Source: Octopus sinensis
Taxonomy: Eukaryota
Reading direction: 5' to 3'
Assembly (NCBI RefSeq): GCF_006345805.1
Contig: NC_043020.1
Span: 16,616,001 to 16,680,000, forward strand
Length of the DNA: 64,000 bases
Part shown: one piece after another, positions 1-12,057 of the stretch
How the letters are laid out: each line of letters starts with the position of its first letter
How positions within the stretch are numbered: the stretch's first letter is position 1
Notes under the pieces: model-generated
The model's input: the letters and a program-made list of their open reading frames with translations, nothing else
Told to the model about the DNA's origin: nothing
Databases searched by the model: none
Position numbers and translations under genes: made by a program

Positions 1-599
1 TCACTCTACATCTGCCCATTTTTAATAGAAAATGTGTGTGCATGCATATTACTTTTTGCTTCTGTGTCAAGTTATGTACAAAATTAACCATTAAACTGAA
101 GAATTACTTGATACTTTTTAGTAGATTATATGTTTGTTAAACTTTTACATGTTGAATGATAAGGACTTCAGTCTCTTAACCGCTAGCCTTTATCAAACTA
201 TATAAATATTAATGTGTGTGTGTGCTTAAATCGATTACATGACACTGTGAATATATACATGTATCTGTGTGTGTGTGATAAGACACTATGAGATCTATCT
301 TGCAGCATACCTGGAAAAGTAATGTAAATTGATGATGGTAGCATTAATGAAAATAACGATGTTATGCAAATGAACATCTCTACAATATCTGTCTACCAAA
401 TTCCACTCACAAATTTTTAGTAGAAGACACTTGCCCAAGGTAATGTCTTCCAACTGGTATCAATCTCAGAAGCGTGAAGTTGAAAAGCCAACTTCATAAC
501 AATATATCTGAGCCAATGCCAACTTGTTTTACTTTCATTATAGACACCCATTATTAATTTCTTTTAAATTGGTGGCACAAAACTTCAAATGTATAAAAG

Positions 600-876
600 T
601 GTTATATCTTTAAGCCTCCAGTATCATAGTACGGTTGATATTGTCGATGATAGGTAAAGAATACACTGTAACGGTGTTATAACAAAGCAAAATAGAAACA
701 GCAGCAGTAATAAACATGCAACAAACCAAGAATCAATATTTCCAACTCGAACTGTAAGCTGTACCTGGACTTCAAAGACCAAACTATGAACTGCCGACTA
801 TGTCAGACCATTACTATTTATATGTAGTGGGCCCCCATCTATTCTTGTCAGAGGGTGTCATACTCATGCCACAACA
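600..876 (-). repeat. 3' LTR of the Gypsy element
   Basis: Direct repeat of 5483-5764, with about 10 mismatches in the first 110 nt by eye. Confidence 0.9.
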
Positions 877-925
877 TCTCCCCTTTTGATATTTCGAGTT
901 CTGAAGGAATAAAGATTTTTTTTTT

Positions 926-1337
926 CTTTTCTTTTTACTTGTTTCAGTCATTTGACTGAGGCCATGCTGGAGCACCGCCTTTAGTCGAGCAAATTGACCC
1001 TGGGACTTATTCTTTGTGAGTCCAGTACTTATTCTATTGGTCTCTTTTGCCGAACTGCTAAGTGACGGGGACGTAAACACACCAGCATCAGTTGTCAAGC
1101 AATGCTAGGGGGACAAACACAGACACACAAACACACACACACACACATACATATAGATATATATACATATATACGACAGGCTTCTTTCAGTTTCCGTCTG
1201 CCAAATCCACTCACAAGGCATTAGTCGGCCCGGAGCTATAGCAGAAGACACTTGCCCAAGATGCCACGCAGTGGGACTGAACCCGGAACCATGTGGCTGG
1301 TTAGCAAGCTACTTACCACACACCCACTCCTGCGCCT
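926..1337 (-). mobile_element. F1 tRNA-headed SINE, near full length, nested in the Gypsy element
   Basis: On - it has A-box-like TGGgTGTGTGGT, B-box-like GGTTCAGTCCC, an internal TA/TG microsatellite and 3' ...GTCAAATGACTGAAACAAGTAAAAAGA. More than 20 copies occur in the window. Confidence 0.88.
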
Positions 1338-1851
1338 ATATTATTATTTTTTAGTATCTTTTTTGCTTAGGCCTTATCTCAAGCTGTTCGGTCTCCTTCC
1401 ATTTTCTCATGCTGGTTCTAAGGGACTCCATTACTTTTAGTGCTGGGACATTGATTGCATCAAAAAATACTTCCATAGGAATTTCTCTCCATTCTTCGGT
1501 AGGTCTCTTCTTTAGCAGATTTAGGTGTCTCATGTTCCCAGCATGATCCTTTAGATTAGATACATCATACTTCCTATTTTTTGGGTTTCAAAGCCATCCT
1601 TTCAGCCTTCTTTACCATTTTTGTAGGTTTTAAAACGCACTTTATTTCCTACTTTGAAATACTTCATTACATCTTTCGTATTTCCTTTACATCATTTTTT
1701 TTCTCTGGCAATAACTTACCAAAAATCGATTTTATTCTTCTTACAAACATCAATGCTGTAGGTGACTTTTCTTGAATTTGTACTTGGATTGGGGGTTACT
1801 CTATATACCCTTAAGAATTTTGTTAGTGCTTCGTTGTTACTTAATTCATTC

Positions 1852-4800
1852 CTAGCGTTTCTTAATTCTCCTTTGAACATCCAGGAATCTTTCTACCTCC
1901 CCATTTGACCTCAGGTGGTAGGGTGGAGTGAAAATATGCTTTATCACATGCATTTTACAGTTCTTGAATTCATACCCCAAGAATTGCATTCCATAATCAG
2001 AAACTAACATGTCTGGAACAACGTATTGCACAAACAATTCATATAGGAACTTTATAGTTGTCTTAGTGGTTGGTTTATTGCACCTGCATACCTCTGGCCA
2101 CTTTGTACAGCCATCTACCATGATTAGGTAGTAAGTGCCATTCACCGGTCTGGCATAGTAACCTAGATCATGGGTTCTCAGTCTCCAGCCATGATTCATA
2201 TTTTACCTCTGGGACTTTCATATTTTACCTGTGGGGTTCTCACCAAATTTTCAATATCCCAGTCCATAGTTGGCCAAGAGACATAGCTCCTCATTAGAGC
2301 TTTCATCCTTGACATTTTCAGGTTTTCACTGTGGAATTGCTGCAATACACATTTTTGTAATGTTGTTGGTACTACAACTCTTTGCTCATACATCATAATA
2401 TCTTCACATATTTGTATTTTTATTCTGCTTATTTTTTAAAGCTTCTTTCATTTTTGTAATATACTCATCACCTACAGATTTCATTCTTATATCTTGTGAG
2501 TCGCTGGCAGTTCTTGGATAACATTAGTCATAATACTTTTTATTTCATTTTCTGCCTTCAGTGTGGCTGTCACGATATCTTCTCGTGGTTCCGTATTTGG
2601 GGGAATTAATCTTGATAGACAGTCAGCATGACCAATTTTTTTTGGATGGAATATACCACACTTTGAAATTGTAATTTAGTAATATTATACCCCAATGTTG
2701 TAGTCAGTTCACTGTACTGGTAGGTAACCCTTTCTTTGACCCATAAATTGATAGCAATGGTTTGTGATCCGTTTGTAACAGAAACTTGTGAAATTTTTTC
2801 ACTGCAAAGATAATTGATAGGGCTTCTTTTTCTATCTGACTGTATTTTTTTCTCTACTGCTATCAATGAGCATGAAATATGAATCACTGGTTTCATACTT
2901 CTATCTTTATACTTGTGTAGCAAAACTACTCTTATTCCATACTCTGGAGCATCAGTCACTACAACAATGTCCATTTCAGGATCAAAATTTACTAGAGAAA
3001 AATCTGTGATTAGAATTTTTTTTATTTTTTCAAATACGTTTTGGCATTTAACTGACCAATTCCACTTTACTTCCTTTTTTCAATAAGTCATTCAATAGAG
3101 CTCTTAATCCATGCATGTTAGGAATGTAGTTTTGGTAGTAGTTTGCCTGCCCAAGAATTGCTTGTAATGTTAGTATATTTGTCGAAGCAGGCATATTCTT
3201 TATTGCATCTGTCCTTGATGGGTCAGGCCATCTACAAATTTTATCAATTATTTGCCCTAAGTACCTAATTTTGGGCAAAAAATATTTGCATTTTTCATCA
3301 CTCAAAGTGAACCCATACTCTTCAATTTTCTTGAGTGCAGCTTTTGTATGCTCCACATGCTGTTCACGCTAATTACTCTTCATATATCATCCAAATAAGG
3401 GATTGTAAATTCACAATCAGATAACATAGCATCCAAGATTTGCTGAAATATTGCCAGTACAACCTTTAATTCAAAAGGTAACCAGGTATATCTGCACAAT
3501 CCTCTATGTGTATTTATTGTCAGATACTTTGAGCATTTGTCATTTACTTTAATCTGTAAATAAGTGTCGAACAGATCCAATTTGGAGAAAATTTTTCCAC
3601 CGTTTAATTTTGCGAAAATATCCTCTGGAGCCGGCAGTGAATGATGGCATGTCTTTAAGTAGTCATTCAAATTGGCACACAGCCTGATCTTCTTATTTTT
3701 CTTTTTAATGCACACCCGGGTGCCACCCACTTAGAGTAATCCAACTTTTTAATGATTCCACTTTTTCCCAGTCTGTCATTTATGAATCCAATTGCAGCGA
3801 ACAGTACTTTTCTGTTAGATTTAGATACAGGCACAGCGTTTTCACCTACTTGAAAGCCGGCTTCAGTCTTTTTTAAATCCTCCATTAGCATCTGAGAAAA
3901 TATCTTTTTCAATTTTCTTTTCAATTCCTCTGACTATTTATTTTTAACAGGACATGGCAGAACTGAATAGTATAATTGCATAATGCATTCTTGTTTCCAC
4001 TCATATATTTTATTACGAACACTTGTCAATGAGCAGTTGACAGACCTGCTAGAAATAGCTGCTAAATGTCTCCAAATATCTCTCCATCTTCAAAGACGAT
4101 ACGGATATTTCATGGCTAAAACACTTTTGATTGCGGGCTTTTTTCACTTGGTGAGCTAAACAGTGACATACCTGTAACTAAAGGGGTTAGAATGTAACTG
4201 TTTTCGAATAATTTAATAACAATATCATGAAAAGCATATATACATACATACATACATACATACATACATGTATGGTTTGTGTGTTTCTCCTTGAAATATG
4301 ACATCTGTACACATTTTGCCCATGAAATGTAATTTATCATCTGTCACAGCATGCACAATTTTATGGTTTTATGTAACCTCAGTTTCCCAATTTTTCTCCA
4401 CGTATACACATTTATGATTGAAATCTCACTACTTGTATCCAACTGTAGTTTAATATTTACACCATTTATTTTTAAATGTACAAAATTTTCTTGTTTCTGT
4501 GTCATATTCACTTTTTGCTGAAAACGCCTTAGAACTTTTTGCGTTCGACCCTTGTAGTCTTGTCCTGCTGCGTGAGCTCTTGTGACCAAATTTCTGACAA
4601 CTATAACATTTTTGGTTTTTAAACGGACACTCTCTTCTAAAGTCTAGGCCTCCAGATCCTTAACATGGATTGTGGCCTGGCACTCATTTTTGGTTGTACT
4701 TTCCAGGTTGAGACATCTGAATTTTTGTGGAATCTGTCTGTTAAATTTTTTTCACACCATGCTTCAGGTTTACCATTGTTTCATATTCTTCTGCAATGGT

Positions 4801-5216
4801 CTGTAGGGTTATATCTTGGTTCGCTTGCTCCATTTTTGAAAGAATCCTTGCCCAAATTTCTCTATCCAGTTGTGATAAGATCTTGTGCGAAAATAAGGGG
4901 TTTAAGCATATCCTGAAGTTTAAAGTTTTCACACATATGTAATAAAGTCATCATTACCATTTTTTGTTATGTTCCAACATTCCATTCGAGGGTTAAATAA
5001 CGAACTTTTGTCACCAAAGATCTTTGAGAGTAATTCAATAGTTTCTTGGAAACAAATCTCACTTGACATTTTGGGCAATATAAAGTTACAGTAGCGTTCG
5101 TACTTGGCCGGAGCTATCTTGCATTGCAATAGCCGCACTTTCTCCTCATCTGAGCATGACTTGCAATCTTTTATTAAAAATTTCCTCATACCTTCTGTAG
5201 TACACATGAAACACAA
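1852..5216 (-). pseudogene. Gypsy gag-pol pseudogene (frameshifts and stops)
   Basis: ORF-track fragments 4929-5216, 4344-4589, 3380-3730, 3048-3356, 2606-2974, 2196-2396 and 1852-2199 give gag-PR-RT-RH-IN order. Confidence 0.9.
3951..4233 (+). repeat. Unclassified ~280-nt dispersed repeat, copy 1 (inside Gypsy pol)
   Basis: Colinear with 6931-7219; followed by (CATA)n to ~4267. Confidence 0.8.
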
Positions 5217-5482
5217 TACCCTCCTCCGGATTATAAGTGAGTTCAGAAATCAAGTTCATCTGGTGTAAATGAACTTAACGAATTTTCAGACTTCCTTGAC
5301 TGTAGCTCAGTTAACTATTGTTGTTGTTGTAATATTTACTCCTGCAACTCCTGTAGTTGTTTCTGTTGCTTCTCTTGAAGCTGTATTACTGCAGCTAATA
5401 AGTTCTCCATAATTTAACGATTTGTATGATGCACTAATTGTCAAATAACCTACATCAGCTTTGAAAAGTCCTCATCACTAGA

Positions 5483-5764
5483 TGTTATATCCTTAAGCCT
5501 CCAATATCGTAGTATGGTTGATATTGTCGATGATAGATAAAGAACACACTGTAACAGTGTTATAACAATGCAAAATAAAAACAGTAGCAGTAGCAAGCAC
5601 TCAACGAACCAAGAATCAATATTTCCAACACACTAACTCAAACTGTAAACTGTACCTGGACTTCAAAGACTAACTATAAGCTGCTGACTACATCAAACTG
5701 CTACTATTTTCATGTAGTGATCCCATCTATTCTCATCAGAGGGTGTCATACTCGCGCCACCACA
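5483..5764 (-). repeat. 5' LTR of the Gypsy element
   Basis: Direct repeat of 600-876; followed on - by a PBS-like sequence. Confidence 0.9.
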
Positions 5765-5783
5765 AGAAGAATCATTATCAGTT

Positions 5784-6151
5784 GGTGTGGCTGTGTGGTA
5801 AGAAGCTTGCTTCCCAGCCACATGATTCTGGGTTCATTCCCATTGCATGGCGCCTTGGGCTGACCAAAGCCTTGTGAGTGGATTTTGGTAGATGGAAACT
5901 GAAAGAAACCTGCCGTGTATGTTAATATATATATATAATATATATGCGGGTGGCACATAAAAAGCACCCACTACACTCACGGAGTAGTTGACATTAGGAA
6001 GGGCATCCAGCTGTAGAAACATTGCCAGATAAGACTGGAGCCTGGTGCAGCCTTCTGGCTTCCCGGATCCCCGGTCGAACCGTCCAACCCATGCTAGCAT
6101 GGTGAACGGACGTTAAACGATGATGATGATGATATATATATATATATGTGT

Positions 6152-6186
<35 letters not shown>

Positions 6187-6410
6187 ATATTTATATGTGT
6201 ATGTCTTTCTGTCTGTTTGTCCCCCGTCACCACTTGAACACTGGTGTTGGTGCGTTTATGTCCCCCGTAACTTAGCGGTTCGGCAAAACAGACCGATAGA
6301 ATAAGTACTGGGCTTACAAAGAATAAGTCCCGGAGTCGATTTGCTCAACTAAAGGCAGTGCTCCAGCATGGCCGCAGTCAAATTACTGAAACAAGTAAAA
6401 GAGTAAAGAG
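5784..6410 (+). mobile_element. F1 SINE with a nested F3 (RTE 3' end) at ~5946-6132
   Basis: The F1 head and tail are separated by an F3 segment ending (GAT)n, inserted in the internal TA microsatellite. Confidence 0.85.
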
Positions 6411-6421
6411 TATATACATAC

Positions 6422-6455
<34 letters not shown>

Positions 6456-6930
6456 ATATATTTATATGTGTATGTCTTTCTGTCTGTGTTTGTTCCCCCG
6501 TCACCACTTGAACTTGGTGTGTTTATGTCCCCATAACTTAGTGGTTTGGCAAAAGAGACCAACAGGATAAGTGCTTAGCTTAAAAAATAAGTCCTGGGAT
6601 CAATTTGTTTGGCTAAAATCCTTCAAGGTGGTGCTCCAGCATAGCCATACTCATAAAAGAATATGATATTTAAGTTTATCAAGGACATCAGCTGCACAAA
6701 TAAGTGAAATTTAATTCCTTCAAGGATTGGTGTCAGCTCATAATTTGCATTCCATTAAGTCTGTTCTTTCCCATGCCATTGCTCACTGCTGCCATAATAT
6801 ATATTATGGATAAAGGTCAGTTGTTGAAGGTCAGCACTATAGCCAATTGCATTAACCATTCCACCTCATTTTATCAATATTAGAAAGACACAAGGTAATG
6901 TGAACACCTGTAGGTTATGAACTCAGAACA

Positions 6931-7219
6931 GACATGACAGAACTGAATAGTATAATTACATAATGCATTCTGGTTTCCACTCATATATTTATTACAAACA
7001 CTCGTCAATGAGCCAATGTGGTTAACAGACCTGCTAGAAATAGCTGCTAAATGTCTCCGAATAACTCTCTCTCTCTTCAAAAACGATATGGCTATTTCAT
7101 GGCTAAAACACTTTCGATTGCGGGCTTTTTTCACTTGGTGAGCTAAACAATGACATACCTGAACTAAAGGGGTTGGAATTTTACTGTTTTCGAATAATTT
7201 AATAACAATATCATGAAAA
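6931..7219 (+). repeat. Unclassified ~280-nt dispersed repeat, copy 2
   Basis: Colinear with 3951-4233. Confidence 0.8.
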
Positions 7220-7284
7220 TCATTAGTTTTGCTGTTTTACTGGGTAAAATTAAGTTAGAGATAGATTTTATAAATAGGTGTCGA

Positions 7285-7676
7285 CATGGCTGTGTGGTAA
7301 GTAGCTTACTTACCAACCACATGGTCCTGGGTTCAGTCCGACTGCATGGCACCTTGGGCAAGTGTCTTGTACTATAGCCTCAAGCCAACCAAAGCCTTGT
7401 GAGTGGATTTGGTAGACAGAAACTGAAAGAAGCCTGTCGTGTATATATATATGTGTGTGTGTGTGTATGTATATGTGTGTCTATGTTTGTCCCCCCACCC
7501 ACCATCGCTTAACAACCGATGTTGGTGTGTTTACATCCTTGTAACTTAGTGGTTTGGCAAAAGAGACTGTAGGATAAGTACTAGGCTTACAAAGAATAAG
7601 TCCTGAGGTCAATTTGTTTGACTAGGAGTGGTGCTCCAGCATGGCTGCAGTTAAATGATTGAAACAAATAAAAGAA
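7285..7676 (+). mobile_element. F1 SINE
   Basis: Head tggctgtgtggtaagtagc; tail gaaacaaataaaaga. Confidence 0.85.
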
Positions 7677-8250
7677 TATATATATATCTATATATATGTA
7701 TATACATACACACACACAATACAATACATGCAGTCTTGAATCTTTCTTATAACACCTCATATATTACATACATACTTAACTACATGCATACACACATATA
7801 TTTATATGTACATACACACAGAGACACACACACACACAAACAAACAAACAAGAAATACTGGTGGAACATTCCCATTAAAACATGCCAAGTGTAAACATAA
7901 CAGGTCAGATATTGCTGTTAGGGACAGGCTGGAAAAAGTATATACCATCATAGAGGTCAACTGTCCTGTTGAGTGAATATCTCTTTGGAAATTGAAGAGA
8001 AAGAGAACAACTATGGACAACTGCCTCAAAACCTCCAGCATCTATATCCAGATTATAAATTCACATTTATAACAATAATAATTGGTGCACTTGGTTTTAT
8101 GAGTAAGTGCCAAAGTGACAGTCTGGATAAGCTGGAGGTTTCAGGAAAACAAAAATCAACAAATTATTTTGAACAGTGAAATAAGTGGTACTATGAAAAT
8201 ATGCAAGAAGTTTTACAAGTTTAAAATGTGACTTTGTTTTTGTTATCTAC

Positions 8251-8631
8251 GGGAGTGGCTGTGTGGTAAGAAGCTTGCTTCCCAACCACATGGTTCTGGG
8301 TTCAGTCCTACTGCGTGGCAACTTAGGCTACTGTCTTCTACTATAGCCTTAGGTCAACCAAAGCCTTGTGAGTGGATTTGGTAGACGGAATCTGGAAGAA
8401 GCCCGTTGTATATATATATATGTGTGTGTGTGTTTTTGTGTCTGTTTGTCTCCCACCATCACTTGACAACCAATGTTGATGTGTTTGCATCCCCGAAACT
8501 TTGCAGTTTGGCAAGAGAGACTGATAGAATAAGTACTAGGCCTACAAAGAATAAATCCTGGGGTCGATTTGTTTGACTAAAGGCAATGCCCCAGCATGGC
8601 CACAGTCAAATGACTAATACAAGTAAAAGAA
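8251..8631 (+). mobile_element. F1 SINE
   Basis: Full head-to-tail match to the other copies. Confidence 0.85.
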
Positions 8632-8775
8632 TATTAGCAAATGGTCTTTGTATTTTTGTTAAAAACTGGCTCCTTTTTCAGTGGAAGAATTCAAATAATT
8701 AAAAACGATAGAGAACGTGGAGGTGTGCACACACGTGTGCATGCATGCATACAAGCATGTGTACATTAGGGTATA

Positions 8776-9073
8776 CTCTTTTACTCTTTTATTTGTTTCA
8801 GTCATTTGACTGCGGCCATGCTGGAGCACCGCCTTTAGTCGAGCAAATCGACCCCAGGACTTATTCTTTGGAAGCCTAGTACTTATTCTTTTCGGTCTCT
8901 TATGCCGAACCGCAAAGTTACGGGGACATAAACACACCAGCATCGGTTGTCAAGCGATGTTGGGGGGGACAAACAGACACACACACATATATATATATAT
9001 ACATATACATATATACGACGGGCTTCTTTCAGTTTCCGTCTACCAAATCCACTCACAAGGCTCTGGTCGGCCC
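8776..9073 (-). mobile_element. F1 SINE, 5'-truncated
   Basis: Reverse complement of the F1 body and tail. Confidence 0.85.
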
Positions 9074-9950
9074 TCTATATTATAGTCTATTATTACACAT
9101 CTAATTTTCTAAGTATGTTAATTCTTGCTCTTCTCTTCTCTCTCAATAACAGATTAAACCTTGTCCTTTAGCAAATGAATATATTTGTATTTTTGAGCCT
9201 CAGCCTTGTTCTAACATAAATGCTTCTTCATTCCAATTTCTTTCCCTTTCCTATACAACAATCTCTATACTAAATCTCTGAACGAGGTATAAACAGTAAC
9301 TGCACGACAATGTGAGGTATACTTGCCATCTCAATAGGGCTAACCACTATTTGCAAAGGGACCTCTCTTTGCAAATACCATAAGGGCACAGAAAGTGTGC
9401 CTAAAGCCAGCTGGAGACGATGTTCTCCTGGGGCTACAAGCTACAGTAACACCCACCCTTAGTGTTTAGCCCTATTGAGATGGCAAGTATATCTCACATT
9501 GTCGTACAGTTACTGTTTATATCTCGTTCACAGATTTATTATTACTCACATGTGCTTGTACCACAAAACAAACAAAAACCACATTTATCTTTCCATTTAG
9601 TTTTAAATGTCAGCTGTTCTCCTGGGGCTACAAGCTACAGTAACACCCACCCTTAGTGGTTAGCCATATTGAGATGGCAAGTATACCTCACAATCTCTAT
9701 ACTATTGGCACCGTAATACCATTAATACTTTGTGCTTGAGTTGCTTCAGCAGAGTTCACTTTATTATAAGGGTTTTGAAAACAGGGTCACCAGTTTCCAC
9801 CCTAACCACTGTATTTTTTTATTCTGCACTCTCACCAACCTGAGACTGAGATATATAAAAGTCATGAATAGTGCCCCTTATCTCCTAACTTTTTCATTTC
9901 TAAACATACTTGGTAGTCATTCAAAAATAACAGCCATTTTTATGTGATTA

Positions 9951-10490
9951 CTAGCAGTATAGCCCGGCGTTGCCCGGGTATGTAAGAGCCCCTAGTAGGC
10001 AATGACTAATCCCAATCTAGTCCTTTCCCTCTAGGGAACGAAGGCGCATGTGTAGGTTGCAATGTCTTCTGTGTATACGATGTTCCTAGCTGTCCCTTTA
10101 GGCGAAAACGCGATTTCCCAAAATGGCATGATTTTATCGATTTTTTTCTGATGGTAAGGTATTGCATGGAAAACTAACGTCAGAATTAAGTTTCTTAGTG
10201 TAACATTAAGCTTCACCATGAGTTTGGTGAAATCGATTGCAAGTTGCGAAAACTACAACAGAAAATGTGTTGCATATAAAAAGCTGAGATTCTCGACCCC
10301 ATGTCGAATTTATCGATTTTTCTCAAAACTGGGGGAACTTTTCAAAATTTTCGCTGCGTTAGTTTTGAATTATGACATTGGGCTATGTGTGTGTTTAGTT
10401 TCATCAGAATCGGTTGAAAGCCGTGGTCAGGGTGAGGGTACAACCTGACAGACACACAGACAGACAAACTGCCGTTTATATAGAGAGAGA
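9951..10490 (-). mobile_element. Non-autonomous Helitron
   Basis: On - it starts TC (tctctctatataaacggcag) and ends with hairpin CCCGG-GCAACG-CCGGG then CTAG. It is inserted between A and T with no TSD. Confidence 0.85.
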
Positions 10491-10502
10491 TACTATGATC
10501 TT

Positions 10503-10725
10503 AGGGCAGTGAGCTTGCAGAATCATTAGCACACTGGATGAAATGCTTAGCAGTATTTCACCTGTTGCTACATTCTGAGTTCATATTCCGCCAAAGTCAA
10601 CTTTGCCTCTCATCCTTTCGAGGTCGATAGATTAAGTACCAGCTATGCACTGGGGTCAATGTAATCGATTATCCCCCTCCCCCAAATTTTGAGCCTTGTA
10701 TCTATACCAGAAAGGATTATACTGT
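10503..10725 (+). mobile_element. F2 tRNA-headed SINE (short tail)
   Basis: gagcttgcagaatcattagc...gagttcatattcc...ttgcctctcatcctttcgaggtcgatagattaagtacc...gccttgt...agaaaggatt. Confidence 0.8.
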
Positions 10726-11249
10726 GTTCTTGAACATAACGCAATTCCCAGTTTTTTTTAACTAAAAATCCCCTGGAGTACAGCCATAATTATGTATATT
10801 TTTTTAAGAATCCAGTGTAGAATCACTGCCAATTTTAAAAGCACTTAAAACATTAAGCTGGCATAGTTCCTTCTTTTGCTCAGTAACCTTAGTTGCTTAA
10901 AAATAAATTAAATAATATTTTTAAAACAATTGTATGTATAACTTCATACTGACAGCATGCTAACTGAATCAACAATTGCTATTGGGTACATTCGCAATAC
11001 ATACTGTGTTTAAAAGCCACGGGCATTGAAATATATCTTTTAGCAGTTAGATGTCTCAGGGCTACAACCTTTAATATCTTCATTTCTACACATTTGCTGT
11101 TGTATTTAATCTGTTTTTATTTTTACACTCAAATATAATGCTACCCAACTATTTTGATTGATTTTCTTTTTAATATTAAATTTGATGTATTATCTAAGAG
11201 TAATTATTGATAATTGCAATTCCTTTTCTTATTTCTCTGCTTCTTTCAG

Positions 11250-11384
11250 TATTACATATTGCCATTTGCCTTTCCAAAGTAAGTGGTTTTACATCGGAAC
11301 TGAACGTGGGAATGTACACATAGTGAACATAGAAACGTTTTCTCTGTCTGGTTATGTAATTAATTGGAACAAAGCAATTGAATT
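11250..11384 (+). CDS. STXBP5: Tomosyn / syntaxin-binding protein 5 internal coding exon A (WD40 region), 135 nt, phase 2-2
   Basis: Acceptor ttctttcAG ends 11249 and donor GTAAGT starts 11385. Translation ITYCHLPFQSKWFYIGTERGNVHIVNIETFSLSGYVINWNKAIE(L) closely matches my recollection of vertebrate tomosyn FCHLPFQSKWLYVGTERGNIHIVNVESFTLSGYVIMWNKAIEL. Confidence 0.95.
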
Positions 11385-11482
11385 GTAAGTATAAAAAATT
11401 CCTCTGGAATTGCCTTCTTTTCTCCAGTCGTCTGTGTTAATATTTGTTAAAGAAAAACTGAGCATTTTTATAGAGTCTTTAA

Positions 11483-11704
11483 CCCTTTAGTGTTCGCATT
11501 ATTCTGCCAAAATTAATCCTTTTTCATCCACATTGTTTTGAACTAATCATGCATTATCTTGTAGCTATGTGATTCTGATGAGGTAGCTGTTAATTTTTAA
11601 AACGATATTGTAGGGTTGGTGTGAGAGACCAGATCTGGCCAGTTTGAACATAAAAAAAGGCAGAATACTTTTGGCTGGATATGGCCAGTTTAAATGCTAA
11701 AGGG
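11483..11704. mobile_element. TTAA MITE family A (piggyBac-type)
   Basis: TTAA at 11479-82 and 11705-08; TIRs CCCTTTAGtgTT / AAtgCTAAAGGG. It lies 98 nt downstream of the exon A donor. Confidence 0.85.
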
Positions 11705-12057
11705 TTAATGCTGTTTTACCAACTTTTTAAATTGATATTTTTTATCACTCAACAGTAAACCATATTACAGATTATCATATCATCACATATACCATATTCG
11801 AAACATTGGTTGTTTAATTAGGTACCAGACCTCATATCATTAAAAAGCCAAATGAAGACATTCCTTGTAGGGGTCAAGTGGAGTAGAAGCTATTCTAAGG
11901 CTTAATATATTGACCCTCAAAAGGATGAAAGACAAGGTCGACCTCGGTGGGATGTAAACCCAGATTATAAAGGGTCATTCTTGAAAATTGCAAAGTGTTT
12001 TGTTTGTGGCTCTGAAGATTTAGTCAGTCTACTGCTCAAGTGTAGATTTAGATATTA

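Larger units (their letters stand above)
600..5764 (-). mobile_element. Decayed full-length Ty3/Gypsy LTR retrotransposon (Mag/K02A2.6-like gag-pol)
   Basis: Two ~277-282 nt direct repeats (600-876, 5483-5764) bounded TG...CA. A PPT (aaaaggggaga on -) abuts the 3' LTR and a decayed PBS (tagtgatgagga, cf. TGGCGACGAG) abuts the 5' LTR. Flanks aaaag/agaag fit a 5-bp TSD with one change. Minus-strand fragments run gag (PAKYERYCNFILPK), protease (LQLDTSSEISII), RT (FSKLDL...LPF...YLDDI), RNase H (VVTDAPEYGI), integrase (YYLIMVDGCTKWPEV). Confidence 0.92.

Noticed and set aside
877-11249. Upstream tomosyn exon, and a next exon after 55274
   Set aside because: No sequence resembling the expected flanking peptides was found in the window; these exons presumably lie outside it.
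11323-11345. GTGAACA...GAAA inside exon A
   Set aside because: Only 2 nt between the boxes; explained by coding sequence.
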